Positions 1 through 7,928 of a stretch of 64,000 nucleotides of DNA are shown here, piece after piece. The notes beneath the pieces were generated by a model. The model was not told where the DNA came from. It searched no databases and saw only the letters and a program-made list of their open reading frames with translations. Source of the DNA: Alphaproteobacteria bacterium. GTDB lineage: Bacteria; Pseudomonadota; Alphaproteobacteria; CAAHEQ01; UBA3637. The position numbers and the translations under genes were made by a program. The number at the start of each line of letters is the position of its first letter. Positions within the stretch are counted from its first letter, which is position 1. The stretch is from positions 1 to 64,000 of the forward strand of contig JAZUQR010000010.1 of NCBI GenBank assembly GCA_045605805.1, read 5' to 3'.

Positions 1-55
1 CCTTCATAAAAATAATCGTGTAAAATCAAACACTTATTCCTAAAACGGCCGGTCT

Positions 56-1531
56 ATGGTTGAAATGCTTGGCGTTTTGGCTGTGGTTGGTGTATTATCT
101 GTGGGTGGTATGGCGGCCTATAAAAACGCTATGGACAAGCACAAAGCCAGCGCTGTGGTGGCTGATTTAAGCAAACGGGCAATCGTTTTATCGGGACAGA
201 TTCAATTTGGTCAATCCCCTTCTTTAAGTGGTTTTTCAATTTATGCCGGCGATTATGAATTGGCGCAAATGGACAATGGCGAACGATTTTTTGTTCCGCC
301 CGACAGGCAAACTTTTTCTATGACCGTTCAAGATGTGCCACCAGAAGTGTGTGAAAAGATTATCAATCTTAATTGGAAAATGGCTTCCCTTCGGCCAGCA
401 GATTGTTCTGATTCAAACTTGTTATTCACCTTTAATGCGGATTTTAGTGCGATTAGCCCGACTCAAGCGTTGCCGGCATTGTGTCAAGTTGATTCTGATT
501 GTGTGGGCTGTGCTTCGTGCCAAAACCGCCAATGCGTTGCCGAATGTGGCAAGGGTTTAGTTTGTGATTCCGACAAACAAGTGTGTGGCGAATGCGTGAC
601 GAATAACGATTGTGAGGAGGGCGAGTTTTGTTTACTTGATGGAACGGGTTATTCTCCACCATATTCAGATGCCAAAACGTGCGTTTCCATTACTGATGGT
701 AAAAAATATCCATATGGGTTGATATATTGTCCTATGACTCCTATTACCTTTAATGACGCCCAAAGATATTGTGAAGCATTGGGCGGACGCTTACCCACAA
801 TAAACGAATGGAAAACTCTGTATCGCACTGTTATCAATGGTGGCGGAGGGCGTTGGACGCAAGACGGTTCTTTATATTATCAAGAATACAACGGTGCTTA
901 TACATATAAACCTAGTACTAATTGGAGAGGGACATCTTATGGTTTTTGTATCAAAGACGCCGAAGTGGGTAGTTCTTGCCCCGATGGAACAGTTTTAGCA
1001 GACGATGGTAGTGAGCATTGTGTAGATTGCAATTCCGATGCTGATTGTGGTGGAGATACACCTTATTGCAACACACCATGGCATGTGTGTGTGTCTTGTT
1101 TAACTGATGCGCATTGTGGGCAAAACAGTTATTGCACCACCAACACAGAAGATACCATGTGTGACTATTATTCGGCCGGATGTGTGACCAGAGACCCCTC
1201 TAAGAAAGGCCATATCCTAAATGGCAAACAATGGTATTGGGTGAAAAATGGTTATGCCACATGGTATGAAGCCAATGCTTTATGCAAAGCCTATGGCGCC
1301 CGCATGCCAACTTTGGCGGAGTTTGGCTATACGCAACAAGCGGATGGCACATGGGCATGTGATACAACAAAAGCCTGTGGCATAACCAACCACTGTCTTG
1401 TGAGCGACAGATTTGAAGGGCAAACACAGTGCAAAACATCAAAGGCCACTGGCGGAAATGTACGCACAGACCAACTTAAATCCAATGGTGGCACAAGCGA
1501 ACCGTCCTATGCTTGTTGCGTGGTGGATTAA
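56..1531 (+). CDS. Type IV prepilin-like, Cys-rich modular surface protein with two C-type-lectin-like modules; prepilin leader interrupted by an in-frame TAA at 41-43
   Basis: (NGRS)MVEMLGVLAVVGVLSVGG hydrophobic helix with Glu at +5 after Gly; repeated CxxxxDC/HC Cys motifs; two modules TFNDAQRYCEALGGRLPTINEW and TWYEANALCKAYGARMPTLAEF. Confidence 0.8.
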   Translation: MVEMLGVLAVVGVLSVGGMAAYKNAMDKHKASAVVADLSKRAIVLSGQIQFGQSPSLSGFSIYAGDYELAQMDNGERFFVPPDRQTFSMTVQDVPPEVCEKIINLNWKMASLRPADCSDSNLLFTFNADFSAISPTQALPALCQVDSDCVGCASCQNRQCVAECGKGLVCDSDKQVCGECVTNNDCEEGEFCLLDGTGYSPPYSDAKTCVSITDGKKYPYGLIYCPMTPITFNDAQRYCEALGGRLPTINEWKTLYRTVINGGGGRWTQDGSLYYQEYNGAYTYKPSTNWRGTSYGFCIKDAEVGSSCPDGTVLADDGSEHCVDCNSDADCGGDTPYCNTPWHVCVSCLTDAHCGQNSYCTTNTEDTMCDYYSAGCVTRDPSKKGHILNGKQWYWVKNGYATWYEANALCKAYGARMPTLAEFGYTQQADGTWACDTTKACGITNHCLVSDRFEGQTQCKTSKATGGNVRTDQLKSNGGTSEPSYACCVVD

Positions 1532-1552
1532 AGAATTACTTTACAAAAAAAA

Positions 1553-1582
1553 CTTCCCCCGACCCAAAAATCGGGGGATTTT
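1553..1582. terminator. Bidirectional intrinsic terminator between the pilin-like gene and rlmB
   Basis: TCCCCCGA-CCCAAAAA-TCGGGGGA hairpin flanked by A and T tracts. Confidence 0.75.
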
Positions 1583-1600
1583 CTTTACTTTTTTCTTCTT

Positions 1601-2320
1601 TTACCGATTCCATTCGTACATAGCGACAGCGGCCGCATTGGACACATTCAACGATTCAATATCCGGATTCATTGGCAACTTCACAACGATATCGCAATTT
1701 TCCATTGTTAGGCGACGCATTCCATCTTCTGCCCCCAATATCATCACACAGCGTTTGGGCAATTTGCTGTCTGTGATATAGCTGTCGGCATAGCCATCCA
1801 GCCCAACACACCAAAAATCGGCTTTTTTCAAGGTATCCATTGTGCGGGCCAGATTTGCCACACGCACCATGGGAATCAATTCGGTGGCCCCACTTGCCGA
1901 TTTAGCCAACACACCTGTTTCGGCCGGTGCGCCCGCTTCCGGCACAATAACCGCAGAGGCATTAAAGGCCACAGCTGAACGCATAATTGCCCCGATATTA
2001 TGCGGGTCGGTGACTTGATCCAAAATGACAATTAAACATCTTTCTTTTTGTGATGTTTGTTGAATAATTTCTTTCAAATCTACATTCGCCAACGGGGCGC
2101 ACTTGGCCACAACGCCTTGGTGAACCGCCCCTTGACCAACCATAGAATCCAACAACCGTCTGTCGGCAGGACGCACCGCTATTCCCTTTGGAATCTCCAT
2201 TTCCTGAGCTGTTTCTCGTGTGATATAGATTTCTTTGATTTGCCGATTCGGATTTTTAAGGGCGAGATTTACCACATGTTTGCCATAAAGAAAAATGTCT
2301 TTTGGATTTTGGTTTTTCAT
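1601..2320 (-). CDS. rlmB: 23S rRNA (Gm2251) 2'-O-methyltransferase, TrmH/SPOUT family
   Basis: LYGKHVV N-terminus, HQGVVA, LDQVTDPHNIGAIMRSA, IESLNVSNAAA. Confidence 0.9.
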   Translation of the reverse strand: MKNQNPKDIFLYGKHVVNLALKNPNRQIKEIYITRETAQEMEIPKGIAVRPADRRLLDSMVGQGAVHQGVVAKCAPLANVDLKEIIQQTSQKERCLIVILDQVTDPHNIGAIMRSAVAFNASAVIVPEAGAPAETGVLAKSASGATELIPMVRVANLARTMDTLKKADFWCVGLDGYADSYITDSKLPKRCVMILGAEDGMRRLTMENCDIVVKLPMNPDIESLNVSNAAAVAMYEWNR

Positions 2321-2969
2321 TGATAACTCCTTTTAATATCGTTTTTGTGTCACCAGGGCATTGAATCAAAAAAGTTTTCACCCCTTGATTGATGGCTGCA
2401 TCACATACTTCCTGAGTATCATCCAACATCAACACATTTTGGGGCTTTTCCCCAACGGCCGCACACAAGTCTTTGAATTGGCCTGTGACTTTTTTGGGGT
2501 GAAACATCCCATCATACAGCGTTTCTTCAATGGTTATCGGATACACATTTAATTTTGAAAACTCAACAGGGGTATCCTCGCCTTTTAAGCATGACAACAC
2601 CTTTTCCAAGTGCGGGCGAGTATTGTTTGTGACAATATAAATGGCTTTCACTGTACCCGCCTGTTGCAGTAATTTTAACATTTCCGTATCTTTTGGAATG
2701 CGGGAATAGTCGGTATTTTTAACCATTTCTTTTGAAAACTCACCAAACGGAATGCCCTTTGACTTACACAATTTTAATATGGTATTTATCAAGCCATGAA
2801 CACCCTTGTTGCGCAGCTCAATTCGTTTTGTTTGAAACTCAGAATAGGGAATGTTATATTTTGCCAATGTTTTTTCCAGTGCCACCACCGCAATATCTTC
2901 ATATGTGCAGTATTGTTTATCATATAACACGCCATCGCAGTCAATAAAAATCGCTTTTGTTTTATTCAT
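2256..2969 (-). CDS. HAD-superfamily hydrolase (nucleotidase-like)
   Basis: Motif I IFIDCDGVLY, motif II VTN, Lys motif HPKK, motif IV MLDD; its 3' end overlaps the rlmB start by 65 nt. Confidence 0.8.
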   Translation of the reverse strand: MNKTKAIFIDCDGVLYDKQYCTYEDIAVVALEKTLAKYNIPYSEFQTKRIELRNKGVHGLINTILKLCKSKGIPFGEFSKEMVKNTDYSRIPKDTEMLKLLQQAGTVKAIYIVTNNTRPHLEKVLSCLKGEDTPVEFSKLNVYPITIEETLYDGMFHPKKVTGQFKDLCAAVGEKPQNVLMLDDTQEVCDAAINQGVKTFLIQCPGDTKTILKGVINEKPKSKRHFSLWQTCGKSRP

Positions 2970-3049
2970 CTTTTTTGCCTTTTGGCTTTGTATTTATTGC
3001 CTTTTAACACTTTTTCTTGCTCTATCTTTTATATTATAGAAAAAAACGC

Positions 3050-3078
3050 TTGACAAAGCAAGAAAAAAAAGGCATAAT
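3050..3078 (+). promoter_or_regulatory. Sigma70-type promoter of the tRNA-Tyr/tRNA-Gly/tuf operon
   Basis: TTGACA (3050-3055)-N17-CATAAT (3073-3078). Confidence 0.75.
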
Positions 3079-3116
3079 AGTTCTACTTTCACTTGATATC
3101 TGTGAAAGACGCCTTT

Positions 3117-3202
3117 GGAAAGGTGGGTGAGTGGTTAAAGCCAACAGACTGTAAATCTGTCCTCTTTTGAGTTCGCTGGTTCGAATCCAGCCCTTTCCAC
3201 CA
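3117..3202 (+). tRNA. tRNA-Tyr (GTA)
   Basis: Cloverleaf, anticodon arm ACAGA-CTGTAAA-TCTGT, long variable arm, GGTTCGAATCC, encoded CCA. Confidence 0.97.
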
Positions 3203-3244
3203 TTTTTACTGAACCCCTTCAACGGGGTTTTGTTAAAATAGGGT

Positions 3245-3318
3245 GCGGGTGTAGCACAATGGTAGTGCAGCAGCCTTCCAAGCTGAATACGTGGGTTCGA
3301 TTCCCATCACCCGCTCCA
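3245..3318 (+). tRNA. tRNA-Gly (TCC)
   Basis: GCGGGTG/CACCCGC acceptor stem, anticodon loop CTTCCAA, GGTTCGATTCC, CCA end. Confidence 0.97.
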
Positions 3319-3436
3319 AATATAAAGGGCAATTTCCAGTTGTTCCTTTGTAGAGTGAGAAAACACTTTAACATCAAAGAACCGAGGTGAAAAGCCTTAT
3401 TTTACTAACTGATCAGTTAATGAAAGAAAGAATAAA

Positions 3437-4627
3437 ATGACAAAAGAAACATTCCAAAGAACTAAACCGCACTGCAATATCGGTACGATTGGTCACGTGG
3501 ACCATGGTAAAACCACATTGACAGCTGCTATTACAAAAGTGTTGTCTGATGCCGGTAAAGCCGAATTCAAAGGTTATGACCAAATTGACGGTGCTCCAGA
3601 AGAAAGAGAACGTGGTATTACAATTAACACAGCTCACGTGGAATATGAAACAGAAAAACGCCACTATGCGCACGTGGACTGCCCAGGGCACGCTGACTAT
3701 GTGAAAAACATGATTACCGGTGCTGCTCAAATGGACGGTGCTATCTTGGTTGTGTCTGCTGCTGATGGTCCAATGCCTCAAACACGTGAACACATCTTGT
3801 TGGCTCGCCAAGTGGGCGTTCCTGCCATCGTTGTGTTCTTGAACAAAATGGATATGGTGGACGATCCAGAATTGATCGACTTGGTTGAAATGGAAGTTCG
3901 TGATTTGTTGAACTCCTATCAATTCCCTGGTGATGATACACCAATTATTCGTGGTTCCGCCAAAGTTGCTCTGGACGGTGGCGATGCTACATTGGGTAAA
4001 GATGCCATTATGGCTTTGATGGACGCTGTGGATGCTCACATTCCACAACCTGCCCGCCCTGTGGATAAACCTTTCTTGATGCCAATTGAAGATGTGTTCT
4101 CCATTTCCGGCCGTGGTACAGTGGTGACTGGCCGTGTGGAACAAGGTGTCATCAAAGTTGGTGAAGAAGTTGAAATCGTGGGACTTCGTCCAACACAAAA
4201 AACAGTTTGTACTGGTGTTGAAATGTTCCGCAAACTTTTGGATCAAGGTGAAGCTGGTGATAACATCGGTGTCTTGCTCCGTGGTACAAAACGTGAAGAA
4301 GTTGAACGTGGTCAAGTGTTGGCTGCTCCAGGTTCTATCACACCACACACAGAATTTGAATGTGAATGCTATATTTTGACAAAAGAAGAAGGTGGTCGTC
4401 ATACCCCATTCTTTGCAAACTATCGCCCACAATTCTACTTCCGTACAACAGACGTGACTGGTACTATTGAATTGCCAGCCGGCGTTGAAATGGTCATGCC
4501 TGGTGATAACATCAGAATGACAGTGAAGTTGATTGTGCCAGTTGCTATGGCTGAAGGCTTGCGCTTTGCTATTCGTGAAGGTGGCCGTACAGTTGGTGCT
4601 GGTGCTGTGTCCAAGATTATTAAATAA
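3437..4627 (+). CDS. tuf: Elongation factor Tu
   Basis: [29 protein letters not shown]-terminal [10 protein letters not shown]. Confidence 0.99.
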   Translation: MTKETFQRTKPHCNIGTIGHVDHGKTTLTAAITKVLSDAGKAEFKGYDQIDGAPEERERGITINTAHVEYETEKRHYAHVDCPGHADYVKNMITGAAQMDGAILVVSAADGPMPQTREHILLARQVGVPAIVVFLNKMDMVDDPELIDLVEMEVRDLLNSYQFPGDDTPIIRGSAKVALDGGDATLGKDAIMALMDAVDAHIPQPARPVDKPFLMPIEDVFSISGRGTVVTGRVEQGVIKVGEEVEIVGLRPTQKTVCTGVEMFRKLLDQGEAGDNIGVLLRGTKREEVERGQVLAAPGSITPHTEFECECYILTKEEGGRHTPFFANYRPQFYFRTTDVTGTIELPAGVEMVMPGDNIRMTVKLIVPVAMAEGLRFAIREGGRTVGAGAVSKIIK

Positions 4628-4652
4628 TCTGGCGGTATCAACCGAAAATAAG

Positions 4653-4681
4653 AATCCCGTGGTTTTCCACGGGATTTTTTT
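4653..4681 (+). terminator. Intrinsic terminator of tuf
   Basis: AATCCCGTGG-TTTT-CCACGGGATT followed by a T tract. Confidence 0.85.
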
Positions 4682-4763
4682 ATTGTCTTTTTTTTGAGGG
4701 CTATCTGCCATTGGTGCATAAAAAAACTCCCCGACAAGCGAGGAGTTTTGTTTTTTTTATTCG

Positions 4764-5564
4764 TTAGAAGAACAGGCGCAAACGAGCCCCCACAGATTTT
4801 TCATAAATATCTGTGCCATACTTTGCTTTGCCGTCTAAAGCATAAGTTCCATAAACACCAATTGCGCTGTTTGGTGTTAAATACACCGAGGCTTCCGCTT
4901 CGGCTGTGACCAAACGAGCTTCTGTGTTTTCATCGTATGTCATCCGAACACCGGTATCCAATGCCCACACTTCGCATTTGCCTTGATAGACACCTGCTTT
5001 GGCATCATAGATGAACTTATCTCCCGCAATTCCTTTGATGCCGGATTTTTGGCCCACTGGGATTTCAACACCACCGCTTACATAGGGCAAGAATGTTTTG
5101 AATTGATAGCCCACTTTGGCTTGCCCAGCCACATATTTATATTCGCCATCAAAGTTGTTTAAGCGGTTTTGTCCATATTCTGCAGACAATTGCAACCGTG
5201 TTGGTCCGGACAAGACATTCCATCCCAATCCTGCACTCCATTGAATGTTTTCATTATCTTTTTCTGTTTCATAAGGCACATCTGTCCAGTTGGCTTTCCA
5301 TTTATCCCACACATTGCCAAAGCTCATTTTAAGGGCAACTGTATCGGTTAAACCATAGCGGATTTCTTCTGTTGCAATGATTTGATTGGATTTTGAATAA
5401 TCTTGTACATTTTTTGCTACTAAACGAGCCGTTTCCACACTTGTCACAGACCCAAATTGTCCGTCTTGTGCCAAATAAAACGGATTTGTAATGTCCGCAG
5501 CCGTTGCTGCTGTTGCCATTGACATCACAGACAGCATCAATAAACTTTTCTTTAACATCTTCAT
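4764..5564 (-). CDS. Exported protein, probable outer-membrane beta-barrel
   Basis: Sec signal ending ATA-A, alternating amphipathic strands, C-terminal GARLRLFF beta-signal. Confidence 0.65.
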   Translation of the reverse strand: MKMLKKSLLMLSVMSMATAATAADITNPFYLAQDGQFGSVTSVETARLVAKNVQDYSKSNQIIATEEIRYGLTDTVALKMSFGNVWDKWKANWTDVPYETEKDNENIQWSAGLGWNVLSGPTRLQLSAEYGQNRLNNFDGEYKYVAGQAKVGYQFKTFLPYVSGGVEIPVGQKSGIKGIAGDKFIYDAKAGVYQGKCEVWALDTGVRMTYDENTEARLVTAEAEASVYLTPNSAIGVYGTYALDGKAKYGTDIYEKSVGARLRLFF

Positions 5565-5720
5565 CCTTTCTTTTTTTTATATTTGAGGAAACCCTTCCCC
5601 CCATAATTTAATGCTAAACAATTTTTTTTCAAAATGCAATAGAAAAACTTTTTTCTTGAATAATTTTTGCTTTTTGTTATGATGATTGGTGAATTTTATT
5701 CATTTAATCGGAGGTATGAT

Positions 5721-6242
5721 ATGAAAAGATTCTTCATTTTATTTTTAACTTTATTTATTTCAACGAAAGGATACTCTATGGATCAAGAAAACACTCTGTA
5801 TTTAGACTTGGACTATGGTCGTGTTGTGATTCAAATGTTGCCAGAGGCCGCCCCAAAACATGTGGCGCGCATTAAAGAGCTTGTGCGCCAAGGTTTTTAT
5901 GATGGCATCAAGTTTCACCGTGTGATTGAAGGTTTTATGGCGCAAACAGGCGACCCAACCGGTACAGGCATGGGCGGATCAGGCCAAAAATTGCCGGCTG
6001 AGTTTAATCGGGAACATCATGGGCGTGGGGCTGTGTCTATGGCCAGAGCAATGGATCCGAACAGTGCCGACAGCCAATTCTTTATTTGTTTTCAAGATGC
6101 CGGCTTTTTAGATGGCCAATATACTGTTTGGGGACAAGTGACCGAAGGTATGGAGTTTGTGGATATGATTAAACGGGGCGAACCACCTGTCAATCCAGAC
6201 ATTATTGTTAAGATGCAAGTGGCAGCTGATGCTGATAAATAA
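5721..6242 (+). CDS. Cyclophilin-type peptidyl-prolyl isomerase with signal peptide
   Basis: FYDGIKFHRVIEGFMAQTGDP, SMARAMDPNSADSQFFI, LDGQYTVWG; GGAGG RBS before ATG 5721. Confidence 0.93.
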   Translation: MKRFFILFLTLFISTKGYSMDQENTLYLDLDYGRVVIQMLPEAAPKHVARIKELVRQGFYDGIKFHRVIEGFMAQTGDPTGTGMGGSGQKLPAEFNREHHGRGAVSMARAMDPNSADSQFFICFQDAGFLDGQYTVWGQVTEGMEFVDMIKRGEPPVNPDIIVKMQVAADADK

Positions 6243-6255
6243 TCACATCCCTTTC

Positions 6256-6285
6256 AAAAAAAGCCCCATTCGTTGGGGCTTTTTT
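6256..6285. terminator. Bidirectional terminator
   Basis: A-tract-GCCCCA-TTCGT-TGGGGC-T-tract between convergent genes. Confidence 0.8.
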
Positions 6286-6289
6286 CTTT

Positions 6290-6820
6290 TCAATACGTCG
6301 GCATTCTGTTGACACTTTCCATCAACACCGTTCCTTTTTCGTTTCTGGCTTTCATATATGCCTCACGCAAAGATTCACGAATTTTGTTTGGTTGTTGAAT
6401 CTTTTTCATTTTCACCGTTCCTGTTTGGTCTTCCGAAGTGACACGAACCGTACCCAAACCAGCCCATAAATCAATCATAGATTGGCTGACCGTGCTGTCC
6501 ACCACACGGAACAATTCAATTTCATCCACATGTTTTGTGAAAATCCCTGAAATGATTATCAATCGTTTATTTGTTAAAGTGTAGGAATGATAAATCCGAT
6601 TATAGTAGACGATGGGAATCATACCGATGGCAGCCACCACACACCAACACCACGAAGAAAAAAAGCCAGCCCTTGCCATTGGCACAAAGCCGACAATCAA
6701 TCCGATTACAATCAACCATGTCAGGGGTTGATATTTCATATCCCGCACAGAACCTGTGACGGTCCAGATAAAACTTTCATCTGAATGCATCATTTCATCT
6801 ATCATGTTATTATTATTCAT
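6290..6820 (-). CDS. Membrane protein with bacterial PH (bPH_2/YdbS-like) domain
   Basis: Two TM segments then YTLTNKRLIIISGIF...IELFRV...QSMIDLWAGLGTV pattern; GGAGG RBS before 6820. Confidence 0.75.
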   Translation of the reverse strand: MNNNNMIDEMMHSDESFIWTVTGSVRDMKYQPLTWLIVIGLIVGFVPMARAGFFSSWCWCVVAAIGMIPIVYYNRIYHSYTLTNKRLIIISGIFTKHVDEIELFRVVDSTVSQSMIDLWAGLGTVRVTSEDQTGTVKMKKIQQPNKIRESLREAYMKARNEKGTVLMESVNRMPTY

Positions 6821-7011
6821 TGTGACCTCCATTTTTGACTCAGTATATCCTTTTTTTTACAAAATGAAAAGTGTTTTTTTGATTTTTTATCATACATAGA
6901 TAACCATTTGACATATAATCATATTTTTTTCATATTTAGGGCTAGATTTTTTCTTTTTTCCACCCCAAAGTTATTTTGCTTCAAATGATCATTTTAAGAA
7001 AGGAGAATCAC

Positions 7012-7605
7012 ATGAAGAAGTATTTATTATCAACTTTAGCCATTGCCGGTTTGTTTGGGATAACAACCACAGTACAAGCGGCCGATGGTGACTTAAACAC
7101 CATGAATATGTCTGACGGATATGCCGTTATGCAGGCCGGTATGGGTTTTGGGCATCAAGACTATAAAGAATCGGCTGTGTTTGCCGTTGGTGGCGGTTAT
7201 CATTTGAACCGTTATTTGAAATCAGACTTAACAGTTGGTATGCGTGCTTGGGGTAAAGTCAAAGAATCCGGTATCAGCTCGGATATTTGGACAATTCCGG
7301 CCTTGATGAATGTTTACGCCTCTATGCCATACAGACACTTTGAACCCTATATCATGGGCGGTTTGGGTGCTGCTTGGAACAAGGCTGACAGCACCTCTTT
7401 AACAAAAGGCGACAGCAAAATGTCCTTTGCGTGGACATTAGGGGCCGGTATCGGTTATCGTTTAAGCGATTGCTGGGGCTTGGATTTAGGCTATCGTTTT
7501 GTTGATTTAGGCGAAGCTCGTTCTAAATTCAAAGACGGTTCCGGCCGTATTAAACGAGATATCAAATCTCATGATGTTATGCTTTCTGCACGGTATTATT
7601 TCTAA
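7012..7605 (+). CDS. Small outer-membrane beta-barrel (opacity/OmpW-like family)
   Basis: Signal peptide, EPYIMGGLG, FAWTLGAGIGY, LDLGYRFVDLG, C-terminal ARYYF. Confidence 0.85.
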   Translation: MKKYLLSTLAIAGLFGITTTVQAADGDLNTMNMSDGYAVMQAGMGFGHQDYKESAVFAVGGGYHLNRYLKSDLTVGMRAWGKVKESGISSDIWTIPALMNVYASMPYRHFEPYIMGGLGAAWNKADSTSLTKGDSKMSFAWTLGAGIGYRLSDCWGLDLGYRFVDLGEARSKFKDGSGRIKRDIKSHDVMLSARYYF

Positions 7606-7621
7606 AACTGGATGAAGCACA

Positions 7622-7658
7622 AAGGGGGCGTTCTTACGATAAGAACGCCTTTTTTTTG
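7622..7658 (+). terminator. Intrinsic terminator insulating the downstream pilin promoter
   Basis: GGCGTTCTTA-CGA-TAAGAACGCC followed by a T tract. Confidence 0.85.
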
Positions 7659-7677
7659 TAAAATGTTAAAAAATAGG

Positions 7678-7706
7678 TTGATATTTGCAAATATCTTCTT
7701 TATACT
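7678..7706 (+). promoter_or_regulatory. Sigma70-type promoter driving the structured leader and Hint-pilin
   Basis: TTGATA (7678-7683)-N17-TATACT (7701-7706). Confidence 0.7.
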
Positions 7707-7714
7707 TTTTTTTT

Positions 7715-7905
7715 GGAATGAGTGATTCTCGTTCTGTGGTGTAGAAAGCCACTCAGTTGCGTCCGTGTGACGTTAAAATTCCAACCCTAACGGTTGGAAG
7801 GTTGCAGAATAAGATGTATTTGTATCAAATATGTCCAATATGCAGCACTATTCAACTGATAGCTTTCTAACTTCCAACCGCCTCTCATCAAGGCGTGTTT
7901 TTTTT
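7715..7905 (+). ncRNA. Putative structured leader/antisense RNA with attenuator (C4/CI-like architecture)
   Basis: 10-bp outer helix 7791-7800/7871-7880 closing two hairpins; competing hairpin 7779-7799; boxes 7853-7859 and 7862-7869 complementary to 7753-7759 and 7742-7749; terminator 7879-7905. Confidence 0.6.
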
Positions 7906-7928
7906 ATTCAAAAAAGGAGAAAGCAAAA

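Noticed and set aside
3413-4711. 432-aa ORF antisense to tuf
   Set aside because: Shadow ORF caused by the codon bias of a highly expressed gene; no RBS or protein-like features.
7706-7714. T9 tract next to the pilin promoter -10 box as a phase-variation switch
   Set aside because: A/T runs of 8-10 are ubiquitous in this window's intergenic DNA, and this one is outside the -35/-10 spacer.
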